Origin: Octopus sinensis
Lineage: Eukaryota
Assembly (NCBI RefSeq): GCF_006345805.1
Contig: NC_043010.1
Location: forward strand, 37,448,001 to 37,512,000
Reading direction: 5' to 3'
DNA: 64,000 nucleotides
Under the pieces are notes generated by a model. That model saw nothing but the letters and a program-made list of their open reading frames with translations. It did no database searches and was not told where the DNA came from. The position numbers were made by a program, and so were the translations under genes. Positions 26,660 to 39,132 of the stretch are shown in pieces (within the stretch, counting starts at the first letter, position 1; the number at the start of each line of letters is the position of its first letter).

Positions 26660-27337
26660 ATCATCTCCTTCGATTAGCGTTCGTTGTCCATGCTGGTATG
26701 GGTTGGATGGTTTGACTGGGGCTGGTAAGCTGCACCAGACTTCAGTCTGGATTACCGCGGTTTTCTACGGCCGGATGTCCTTCCTAAAGCCAACAGAGAG
26801 TGTAATGGATGCTTTGACGATCCACTGGCACGGGTGCCATTTGCGTGACACCAGTATCTGCCACGACTACGATTTTGCTCGGCTTAAGTACGACATAATG
26901 CCAAAATTTTCGGTTGTTGCCTCTGTGAGGCCCAACGCTTGAAAGGAACTCAGCCATTTTGCCTCCATGATGCCCAACGCTTGAAAGGAATTCGGCCACT
27001 TTGCCTCCATGAGGCCCAACGCTCGAAAGGAACTCAGCCATTTTGCCTCCGTGAGGCCCAACGCTCAAAAGAAACTCAGACAGTTTGCCTCCGTGAGGCC
27101 CAACGCTCGAAAGGAACTCAGCCACTTTGCCTCCGCGAGGCCCAACGCTCGAAAGGAAGTCAGCCACTTTGCCTCCATGAGGCCCAACGCTAGAAAGAAA
27201 CTCAGACACTTTGCCTCCGTGAGGCCCAACGCTCGAAAGGAAGTCAGCCACTTTGCCTCCATGAGGCCCAACGCTCGAAAGAAACTCAGACACTTTGCCT
27301 CCGTGAGGCCCAACACTCAAAAGGAAATCAGCCTCCA
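26660..27337 (-). mobile_element. RTE LINE 3' end with a 42-bp tandem array at its truncation point
   Basis: Same 3' UTR as 47062, 51710 and 61510; about 10 copies of a 42-bp unit at 26919-27337. Confidence 0.75.
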
Positions 27338-27490
27338 TCTTTTTATATAAAAATTTGGTTGACAGCCTCTTGCTACTTGGAGTCTCACCTGCGAGTGATC
27401 AGAAACTGCAGACAAGTTATGACTCATAATTTCGCATATCATAAAATATATTTTTAATCTTTATGATATTGAGTGCTCTTTTCCTGGCAG

Positions 27491-27522
<32 letters not shown>

Positions 27523-27817
27523 CGGACTGAGATAATTTACGCTGATACGTTGATGTACATATGAATCTCTACTTAGATATATAGATATGACAATGTGTTT
27601 AAATGTGTGTATGGGGGTGGTGGTGGTAGGGGTTGTTCTATTTTAGAATTTCTGCTGAGTCATCAATAACTGATGATGTTCAGTGTGATAATGATGATGA
27701 TAATGATAAAGATGGTGGTGATGGTGTTAGTTAGGAAATAAATTATCTTCAGCATTACCTTTCATATGGTTTCACCAAATGTCTTGCCCTCGTCTTTCTA
27801 AGCACAAACACACACTT

Positions 27818-27848
<31 letters not shown>

Positions 27849-28006
27849 CACCTACACATATATATTGCTGGTGTGTTTACAGTGCTGTTTCAATGCATAT
27901 ATATATATTATTAGTTCTTGTGAGCTAAAACCAAGAGATATATATCTGTAGTACAGTATAGGATATATATATATATACACATATATATACACACACACAC
28001 ACAAAC

Positions 28007-28040
<34 letters not shown>

Positions 28041-28659
28041 GTATATAAACAGACACATAGAAATGTCATTGGTTTAAAACTTTGCTAAACGAAGCAATGA
28101 ATGGATTATTTTTTTGCTTTTTTTATTTTTTACACATTTGATTTATATTTATCTTGTCTTGTATCGATCCTTTCCTCTTTTATTTATTTCTTGTTTCTTT
28201 ACCATTCTCCATTCCTCCTCGCTTTTTATTCTTTACCATTCTCTTGTTCTTTCTCTCGTTCCACCTCACTTTTCTTTCTTTTTGCTATCATCTTCTCTAG
28301 AGCAGAAGAAAGTGTTAAATAAAAAGCCTTAAGCCTTTTCAGAATTTTCTGTTTTCCAACTGTTTCCATAAATAAATATTAGCTCTATTCTGAGAACTTC
28401 CAACCATTTATTCATCAACTCATCCACATTCCTACCAGGAACTTCGCCACTCCCCACTATAAATATATAAATATAGAAAAAGGAAAGAAACAAAATGAGA
28501 AACGTATTGGAAAAGAGACAACTAGATACAACTACATATCTACATTTCTGAGATGACTTATTATTGATGAAATAAAGTCCTGTAGTTATGTATCATGGGT
28601 AGTTAATAATGTTGAAAACTTGAAGTATAGACTCTGAGTTCGATTCCAGCTTTGGGATA

Positions 28660-29003
28660 TCTTTTCTTTTGTCTTGCACTTGTTTCAGTTATTAGACTGT
28701 GGCCATACTGGGGCACCACCATGAAGAATTTTAGTCAACTGAATCAGTCCCTGGGTTTATTTTTTCAAAGTCTGGCATTTATTCTGTTGGCCTCTTTTGC
28801 TGATCCAACTGCTAAGTTTATGAGGACGTAAACAAACCATCATCAGTTGTCAAGAGGTGGTGGAGACAAACACTGACACAAACACACACATATATGAAAG
28901 GCTTCTCTCAGTTTCCATCTACCAAATCTAATCACAAGTCTTTGGTTGGCCCGAGGTTATAGTAAAAGACACTTGCCCAAGGTACCACACAACGGGACTG
29001 AAC
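28660..29003 (-). mobile_element. Abundant SINE, minus strand
   Basis: Reverse complement of the 42399/52490/57569 family. Confidence 0.75.
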
Positions 29004-29024
29004 ACACACAGATAAAAGGTAAAT

Positions 29025-29352
29025 ACTCCACTTCGGTCATGAATGTCCATGGGATTGTACTTAGAAAGTGCCCTTCCAATGCACAAGTCTAGGCAAGGTT
29101 GTTTACGGAAGACCAACAGTTGCCCATGGATACCAACCTCCCCTCTTCATGCCACTGTTGTTGTCCAACGGAAAGAAAAAGGCTGATATGGCTTGGTACC
29201 AGTGACATTGCATTTCATTTCTACAGCTGAGAGAACTGGAGCAATGTGAAATAAAATGTCTTGCTCAAGAACACAACACACAGCCAGGGCCGGGAATTAA
29301 ACTCACTACCTCATGATTGTGAGTATGATGCTCTAACCACCAAGCCATGTGC
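29025..29352 (-). mobile_element. tRNA-headed SINE (third family)
   Basis: Homologous to 48317-48650; head TGGCTTGGTGGTTAGAGC. Confidence 0.72.
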
Positions 29353-30413
29353 CTTCACACACACACACTGAAGCCCTACCTGTTGCCAATTTTTACCTGT
29401 TTTCAGGTAAGTTAATATTTCCCCTTGACCGAACGTTTTCACGGATGACTGGAGATGAAGGACACCACCTGCATAGGGGAGACACTTATTATCATCATGT
29501 GATGCCACAACAAGGAGGCCAACACTCACTCACACACACACTCTCTCTTTATGTGTGTGTGTGTGTATATATATATATTCAAAATATAACCACATGTGAA
29601 TCGTTGGCGATTGTTTTCCTCCGCCTTCCTTTTCTATTGGACTTTCCTCTGTTTCTGAAGAAGAGCTTTGCTTGAAACATTAAACCATCTTTCTTTCCTT
29701 CCCTGAGCATCTGCTAATACTTTACATGTACCACATCCTCACACTTTTTTTTCTTTTTGTTTGTTCTTGTTTTTTTTTTTGGCGGGGATTTACTATGTGT
29801 GTGTGTATATATATATATATATATGATAATGATATATATAGTGTACTGTTCTGTAATGATAAGATCAATAGAAAAGTATTCTATCTGCTGAAAGATAAAT
29901 CAACACAATATATGTTTTTATGTGCTACTATTAGTTTCATGTGCTGAGAGCATGCAAGACATTTTTTAACACGTCTGGTGTCCTAGCACAATCATCAGGC
30001 ACTACTTATATGGCATAATAAACTAAAAAATAACTAAAGATATATATGACGGGACTCTTGTAGTTTCTATCAACCAAATCTAGTCACAAGGCTTTGGCTA
30101 GCTAGGTACTATAGTAGAAGACACTTGCCTAAGTTGCCATGCAGTGGGACTGAACCTGAAAACCCAAAACTCTGTGGCTGAGAAGCAAAATTTTTACCAC
30201 AGAGCCATGCCTGTATCTACACCTACACACAGACAGCATCCAACTATAGAAAATTTGCCTTAATAAACTCCACCATGCAGGCATAAGAAAGTGGCTGTCA
30301 AAACGATAAATATATAAATACATAAATACATATACACCCACACATCCACACTCAGAAAAACAAACAAACAAAAAAATCATAACCAAAAGCCAAATATATA
30401 AAAAAATGTCTCA

Positions 30414-30419
30414 TTTAAT
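30414..30419 (-). terminator. Candidate poly(A) signal ATTAAA for NOP14
   Basis: About 350 nt past the stop, followed on the minus strand by a U/GU-rich tract (ttttggttatgattttttgtttgtttg). Confidence 0.5.
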
Positions 30420-30765
30420 GAGTTTTGTATTTTGATAAAAATCATTAATTATAAGCACCAGCTTGAGACAATACAAGGAGTAACAGATTAACTGACTGAA
30501 CTTGAAAGATGGAATTTTTCACAATCCAAATGTGACCACATCACTGGTTACATCCCAGGGTAATCTGCTACTCCCTGCTTCTCAAGTCAGGTACCCTAAA
30601 TTTCATATTGACAATATCATACATAAATACACTTGAATTCAGTTTATATTACAGATCCCGGTCTTCTAGGATATTCTATATTTTTCTGTGATTGTCCCAA
30701 TGTTTGCTGCTTCCTATCAAGGACATCACTAGGACAATCCCAGCACCGTCTGTCCCCTAAGAACT

Positions 30766-30877
30766 TCATGTGGCTCGGCTCAATTTCTCTTTAGTCCGCT
30801 TCATCTTTTTGTAGTCAGCTTCTTGTGTTTCCATGAATGAATATAAAGCCTTTACTTTCCGCTTGCGTTCCACGTCC
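30766..30877 (-). CDS. NOP14: NOP14 last coding exon ([36 protein letters not shown])
   Basis: Acceptor ttttccag|GGAC; TGA stop at 30768-30766. Confidence 0.93.
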
Positions 30878-31157
30878 CTGGAAAATATAACAGATCAATT
30901 ACAAACACAAATATATACACACTACAGACACACATATATATACAGTAATTCCTCAGCATGTCGTGGTTCACTATTGCGGTTTATCATTTAAGCTTATGTC
31001 GATTCTTCCACGGTGTTGTTTTGCATTTATAATAAAATATATATATATACAAATTATAAAAAAATATACAGTACAGGACTGTTTCTACTTTGTGGGTTTT
31101 CACCTATCACAGAGGGGTTTTGGAATGTAACACCCGTGAGAGTCAAGGGATTACAAT

Positions 31158-31221
<64 letters not shown>

Positions 31222-31313
31222 CAATAAGAAAATGGAGAGGATCAATAGGCGAGTCATCAACTTTTAGACATTATATTATGTCAACTTATTTATTTACTCA
31301 GTTTACTAAACTC

Positions 31314-31347
<34 letters not shown>

Positions 31348-31399
31348 AATGATGTATGTATGTGTATATATATGTATATATATATGTATAATATATATG

Positions 31400-31430
<31 letters not shown>

Positions 31431-33051
31431 GTATATATATATATGCATATATATATATGTATATATAATATGTATATATATATATGTATGTATATATATG
31501 TATATATATATGTATATATGTATATATATATGTTATATATATATATATGTATACATACACACGTGTGTATGCATGTATAATGTTGGTGTTAGAAAGGGCA
31601 CCTAAGTGTAGAATGAAAGCCAAAAATGAAATGCAAGCAAGATGAGGTCCGCTGACCCATTTAACCCTTTCGTTACCAACCCGGCCAAAACCGGCTCTGG
31701 CTCTGTACTACAAATGTCTTGTTTGCATAAGTTTTGAATTAAAATCTTCCACCAAACCTTAGTCGCAATTTATGTTCCTAAAACTAGCTCAATGATAACG
31801 ATGTTATTTTACTAAATTCTTTGTTATATTTAAAATAATTGAAAGAAACACAGAACATCCCAAAATAAATACAGTAATAAAAGGGTTAAGTGAGCAGTGA
31901 CCCTGAATATATATTGATTCTAACCATGGTTAGCCACCCAATCTATACCAGCATGGAAAGTGGATGTAACATGATCATTCACACACACACACGTGCATGT
32001 AATTATATACTTACCGCATTCTTTGTTCGTCAAGTTGGTGCTTGGCCAAAAACTGTGCATCCTTCTTGATTTCTCGAATGGCACCTTTGCTCTCTTGTTT
32101 CACCTTGTACAGCAGTTTCTTTCGTTCATTCTCTTCAGCACTTCCCGCAGACTTCTTCCTGTGACCCTCCATCCTGCAACACACAAAACAACAAGAATCT
32201 ACTGTTTACAAAAAAATCCTGCAACTCCTCTGTGATTCACAAAAAAAAAAAAAAAATGATAAATAAATAAATAAATAAAAAAAACAATGTAAAAGAATTT
32301 GAGAGAAATTCTATATTTAGAAACAGAAAGGATTCTCCGTTTTTAATCCCATTTTATTTGTCTCTGTTTCACCATCACAATTTTAGATATAAAAAAAATT
32401 TTTTTTTGCCTTCTTAAAATACATTTTTCCCCTTCATTTCATCAGATTGTAGATGGAGAAACATTCATGTGTTTTCTATTCCTCCAGGGGCCCACAGTGT
32501 AATGAAGTTTCAAAAAAAAACTTCTTTAGAACAATAACATGAACTCCCCTAACACTCACAAATAAATTCAAATAAATTAAATCATACACACAGATATATA
32601 TTTACACACACATACTAGTGTGTTTGCTTAGTACTTCTGTTTCAAATGCTTTGTAGCTGGTGCATAGACTTCCAAAGCACAAGAGAGGGCAGGAGTGTAA
32701 CATCATAGTTAATGTCTAGGGGAGATAATATTTTTCAAGTATTTATCATTATTTTTTTCTTTTTTGGTTGTAATGAACTACGTAATACTAAAGATGTGAA
32801 AAGGAGGTTTTTAGAAATAACTAAATAAATGAATAAATAAATTTCGATCTTATTTGATCTTTTCCTCATAACTTGGATGGACATTTCTTCTCATGGTGAT
32901 GAAACAAAAACAGAAAAAACACAGATTAAACAGAGAAAAGAAAAAAAAATTCCAGTAGAATTTAAAAAAAGAAAGAAAACAAACATCAAAAATTGTGCAA
33001 AAGTAAATAACAGCAACAACAACAACAACAACAACAATAATAATAATAATA

Positions 33052-33093
<42 letters not shown>

Positions 33094-36000
33094 GAGCAAG
33101 TTCAACCAAGAAATTTGAAATTGTAAAGTCTTTGAAAGATCATTCAAAGACAGAAATAGCTGTGAATTTTTATGGCATAGATTCAATAGTTCTCAAAATG
33201 AAACTAATAATGATAATAATAATAACAATAATAATAATTATTATTATTGTTTATTAAATAAATAAAGAAACAAAACTAAATTCTTGCACTTGATCTTTTC
33301 TCTGTTACTTGGACAGCTTTCGTTTCCCCCCCCCCCTCCTTTACAAAAATGTCAGCAAAGTGCAAAATTATTAAATGGACGAGGCCCAGTGGGGGTAAAA
33401 AGTCTTTGAAAAATGTCAGAATTTAGAAACAAAAAACAAAACAAAAAAAAAATATATATATATAAAAGAAAAATTATTGTAAAGACAGTTGATTGAAAAA
33501 ATATTATAATTTAGAAATGAAAACAAAAAAAAAACACAGAAATTATATAAAATATTAGTTAACATTGCATGACACAGTTTACATTGGTTCATAAAGAGTA
33601 AGAAAAATTCTTTGAAAAAGTCCTATTCAACATGAACTCAACTCCTACTACTTCCACCACCACCACGAATGCTACTACTACTACTACTTCCACCACCACC
33701 ACGAATACTACTACTACTACTACTACAACAACAACAACAACAACAACAACAGCAGCAGCAGCAGCAGCGGTATCATAAATGGGCACAAGCATGACTGTGT
33801 GGTCAAGAAAGTTCATTTTACAGACACGTGATTTGGGGTTGAGCCCCAGTACACGACACCTTGGGCCGGGTTCTTCCGCAAGAGACCTGGGCAGATCCAA
33901 CCTATGCTTTGTGATTTGGTAGACAGAAACTGTGTTGAAGCCCAATATTTTATATAATTTCTGTGTCGTGCACTGGGACTCAACCCAAAATCACGTGGCT
34001 GTAAAGTGAACGTCTTGACCACACAGTCATGCTTATGCCCATTTATGATACTTTTGTAGTAGTAGTAGTAGTAGGAGTTGAGTTCATGTTGAATAGGACT
34101 TTGCCTTTCATCCTTCTGGGGTTGATAAATTAAGTATCCGTTGCATACTGGGTCGATCTAATCGACTGGCCTCCTCTCCCAAAATTTTGGGCCAGGTTCT
34201 TCTGCAACAGACCTGGGCAGAACCAACCTATTCCTTGTGACATGCTAACAATTCACCACCATAATTAATAATAATTGAATGACTTTACAGTTTCAATAAA
34301 GTGTAATGCTATGGTGGTTGTTGCTTAATCCCAGGTCAGGATGTGATCAGAGGGCAAATTGGCTGCTATTTCTAGCAGGTCATGTGACTGGTACTTAATT
34401 TGAACTCAGAACATAAAGACAGATGAAATACTGCTAAGAATTTCATCCTGCAAGCTAAAGTTTCTGCCAGCTCACTGCCTTACTACTTTATTGATAAAAA
34501 TAAAGAAAAATGCTTTACGGTTATTTAGTTGCAAATACATCCCTTTACTCTAACGTGGACTTAGCCATTTCACACAATAAAGAGATAAGTGTTAGAAAAA
34601 GCAAAACTCACTGAAGGCTACCAATAATGAAAGAATATTAATAATAATAATAATAATAGCATGTGCCTGGTGTACCCTTATCAGACGGGTAGTCATGATG
34701 GGTATATTGGGCTTTGTATATTTTACCCCAGTGTACCTTTGATGGCATGAACTGCTCTCTCACTCAATAATAATAATAATAATATTAAAAAAAGAAATGA
34801 AAAAAGAAAAATGAAAGAAAGCTTACACTTGTTCAATCTTTGGTTGAAATAGTTGTAAAGATATGGTCTTCTTCTTAATTTTCAGCACCAGAGCAGAATG
34901 GCTGGTTTCCCCGGCAGCACTTATGTCTTGCGTCAGTTTGGATATTTGTTCCTGTTCAACAAGATAATAATAATAATCATTTCAAATTTTTGCCACAAGG
35001 GCAGCTTGGGGGAGGTGGGAATGAGTCGATCTCATGGACCCCATTGTTCAACTGGTACTTATTCCATCAACCCCAAAACGATGAAAGGCAAAGTCAACCT
35101 CGGCAGAATTTGAACTCAGAACATAAAGATGGACAAAATGCTGCTAATCATTTTGCTAAGTGTGCTAACGATTCTGCCAGCTCGTAGCCTTAATAATAAT
35201 AATAATAATCACTTCGGCAAGTGTCTTCTACTATAGCCTCAGGCTGACCAAAGCCTTGTGAGTGGGTTTGGCAGACGGAAGCTGAAAGAAGCCCGTCGTA
35301 TATATGTATGTGTGTGTGTGTGTGTCTGCCCCCACCCAACATCGCTTGACAACCGATGCTGGTGTGTTTGCGTCCCCATAACTTAGCAGCTCGGCAAAAG
35401 TGACCGATAGAATAAGTACTAGGCTAACAAAGAATAAGTCCTGGGGTCGATTTGCTCGACTAAAGGCAGTGCTCCAGCATGGCCACAGTCAATTGACTGA
35501 AACAAGTAAAAGAGTAAGAGTAAAGAGTATGGAATGGTCATGTAAACTGCTAGAAATAGCAACCGAATCCCCTTTAGTATCAGAGTACGGCTGTAAGAAA
35601 TGTACCCTCGACATCAATGTTTAATATCCCCTTTTCCATGCTTGCATGGGTCAGAAAGAATTTGGTGAGGCAGATTTTCTGTGACCAGATGGCATTCCCT
35701 GTTGCCACCATTCACCTGTTTCCAATTAAAGTAATACTTCTGAATAACCAGACATGTCTCGAAAGTTTGAGAACAAAAGACACCATTGGCATGACAATGA
35801 CACTTGCAAACACACACGTGATGGGTTTCATTCAGTTTCCATCTACCAAGTCCACTTGCAAAGCTTTGGCTGGCCCAGGGCTTAGGTAGAAGACACTTGT
35901 CCAAGGTGCTGTGCACCGGAAACCATGTGGCTGGGAAACAAATCTTCTTATTTCTTTATTGCCCACAAAGGGCTGAATGTAGAAGGGACAAACAAAGGGA

Positions 36001-39000
36001 TTAAGTTGATCACATTGACCCCAGTGCGTAACTGGTACTTAATATATCGACCTCGAAAGAATGAAAGGCAAAGACGACCTCGGCAGAATTTGAACTCAGA
36101 ACATAAAGACAGACGAAATACAGCTAAGCATTCCGACTGGCCTGCTAACATTTCTGCCACCTCACCGCCTTCTTACCATACAACCATGTTTGCATCTATA
36201 CATTGGATAATTCAACCCCAGGTCTTGTAAGTTAAGGAAAAGGACAGGATGGTCACAGTTGGAAGGCATATAATCATAGCTCTGTTTGATGGTAGTCTCT
36301 TGTAGTCCTGGTGGAATAGCTTTGATAATATATTTGATCAATCAAGGCTGACCTGGGGCTAAACAACGATGATGACAACAGACATTAATCAATGAGGGAA
36401 CTCCTAAGTGGTTGCTTGACCTGTTAGAAACAGCAGTCAAACTGCCCTCAAATGATGTCCTACTACTTTAATTAGAAAGAACACTTTGGATAAGATGGTT
36501 CTAGCTATATGCAATTGTACCTCTGTGTCTGAAGAGAAAAACAAGATGGGATGGGCATCATTGGAACAGTTTTGATCAGAGCTGAAATGTGGCCTAAACA
36601 ACAACGACGATAATAATTAAAAAAAATACTGAAGCAGAAATATTAATACCAGTAATAGAATACATTAGTAACTTAGTTTAATTTCTTAGCTACATGTACG
36701 TGTATGTATGTGTGTGTGTGTGTATGTGAGAGAGAGAGACTGTATGTGCATGAGTAAGCCTCTGTAATTGCATGTTTGTGTGTGTGTATGTATGTATGTA
36801 TATGTTTGTGTGTGGTTCACATTTGAAAATCAATATAAAGATGAGAGAGTTGAAAGAGGGATCAGAGGAAGAGGGAGAGATCCCTAAAGGAGACAGCAAT
36901 TTGGTAGTGCATGTGTGTGTGTGTGTCTGTTAGATGAGAGAGAAAGAGGGAAAGGGGGAGAGGAGAGGAGAGAAAAGGGAGGGAGGGAGGTTTTGTCTGC
37001 ATAACTGTATAAGGATGATGCCAAATTAATCAAATGCAGATTCTAAAATCAGATCTTTTAGAAGTACATTACCACCTCCCTCAGCATCTACTCAAACCAC
37101 CACCACCACAACAACAACAACAACAACAATGCCGCTGCCGCCACCACCAACTACCATCACTGCTGCCAACACAACCACATCAAACAACATCTTCACCATC
37201 GCCACCACCACCACCACCTTCCTAGGCATCCACTCACACCACCTACCTATCTGCCCACCCGCCCACCCACCCACAACATACTGTTATCTGGTTGGCCAGT
37301 TTAGATGTCACTGTAACCTTCTTAATCAAAAACTGCTGGATGTGTGGCGAGGGGGACGGGGGGAGAGATGGTGATGGTGGCAGTGGTTGTGGTGCTAGTG
37401 TGGTCATAAGTGTGGTGTGGCCATGGTGGTGTTGATGTTAGTGCTGTAGTGGTCATGATTTGATGGTAGTGGTGGGGTGGATATGATAGTAGTGTGGTGT
37501 TGTGTAGTGCATTGTGAAAGTGAAGTGCGATAGTTGTTGTTGTTTTGCCCCAGGTCAGTCAGCCCAGGTCAAGCAGATCTAAGATTAAAAGACATTCCAG
37601 CTGTGACCATTCCATCACACTATATCATCAAATGTGAAAGGTGGTAACAGGAGGGGGGATTTGACTGCTATTTCCTGCAGGCCTAGTGAACGAGTAGAGG
37701 CAGTAATTGTTCATTTGTGAGGTGGTGGTGGTGCTGTGAAGGGGTAGAGATGATCGAGTGTTGGGGTGGTAGTGTGAAAAATTTGTAGTAACAGCACTGT
37801 GGAGTGGTGGCAGTGTGGAGTGGTTGTTAAGTGGTAGTAAAACAGTATGGAGCACTAGTAATGTGAAGTGGAATGGCAGGAGAGGGGTATGATTGTGTTA
37901 AATGGAGCAGTGGTAGAGGTGGTGAAGCCTGGTGGTAGTGATTGTGGTGGCGGTTATGGTTATGGTGTTGGCTGTAGTGGTAGTGGTGATGGTAGAAGTT
38001 GTGGTGGTGGTTTGGTAGCAGTGGTTATAGTAGTTTGGTAGTGGCAGTTGTGGTGGTGGTGGTGGTTTGGTAGTTGAAGTGGTTTGGTGGTGGTGGTTTT
38101 GTTTGTGATAGTTTGGTAGCAACGGTTGTGGTAGTGGTGGTGGTTTGGTAGCAGTGGTCGTAGTGGTGGGTGGTGGTTTGGTAGCGGTGGTTGTGGTTGC
38201 AGGTGTAATTTGGGTGGGTAGGTAGGGTCAGCAGGTCAGTTCTGATGCAGGAGATATCTGTGCTCAAAGATGTTCCAGCTGTGACCACCATACCTTTTAT
38301 CTAGGACTGACTTCTCCAGAGTATCCTTGCATTTCTTTTAAGATAATAAAAGTGTTTATGAGGGAGAGATTTGGCTGTTCTTTTTAGTGATCATGGCTTG
38401 TGTTTGTTGCGTCATTGGCACAGTGTGATGAAAGTGTGGTGAGGAGGAGGTGGTGGTGGTGGTGTAGCAGAGAGGAAATCAGGGGTGTGTGGGAATGGTG
38501 CTTTTAACTGAGGAGTGGGTAGAAAGAGAAATGAAAAAGGAAGGGGTAAGAGGCGGGAGAAGTAGAGAGACACACACACAGAGGGGGATTGAGTAACGAG
38601 ACAAGGAAGGGGACAGGAGGGAGAAAGAAAAGGATGAGAAGGATAGGAAGAGTAAATTAAGAGAGACAGAGAGAGAGAGAAAGAGATAGTGAGAGAGCTA
38701 GGGGGGGGATGAAGAGAAAGAGGGTTTCTGACAGGCTGACATGATTGAAATTACACAGAATGAAGAATGAAGTTTCCAGTGGTACCTTAGCAATCCAATG
38801 AATTGTGGGAAGGAGAAATCTTTTTGCCTCCAACAAACAAACTGTATGCATACGGGGAGGGGGGGTTGAAAAGTTCCTGGCTTTGGGTAAAAGAAAATAC
38901 AGGAGGATCAGTTAATTATGATTTTATTCAGCATATTTCCCTCTCAGATTCATACACTTACTGCAGTGGTCCTTCAGTTTTTCTAAGCCCTGTAAAAGAC

Positions 39001-39097
39001 CTCAGAAAGTTGGGCTTCCAAGCAGGCTTTTTACGATACCCTTAAAAGCCAGGAACTTTTCATCACCCTCTCATTTATACATATGTGTGTATGTGTG

Positions 39098-39132
<35 letters not shown>

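Noticed and set aside
26919-27337. CRISPR-like array
   Set aside because: Contiguous tandem units with no unique spacers, in a eukaryotic context, and derived from LINE sequence.
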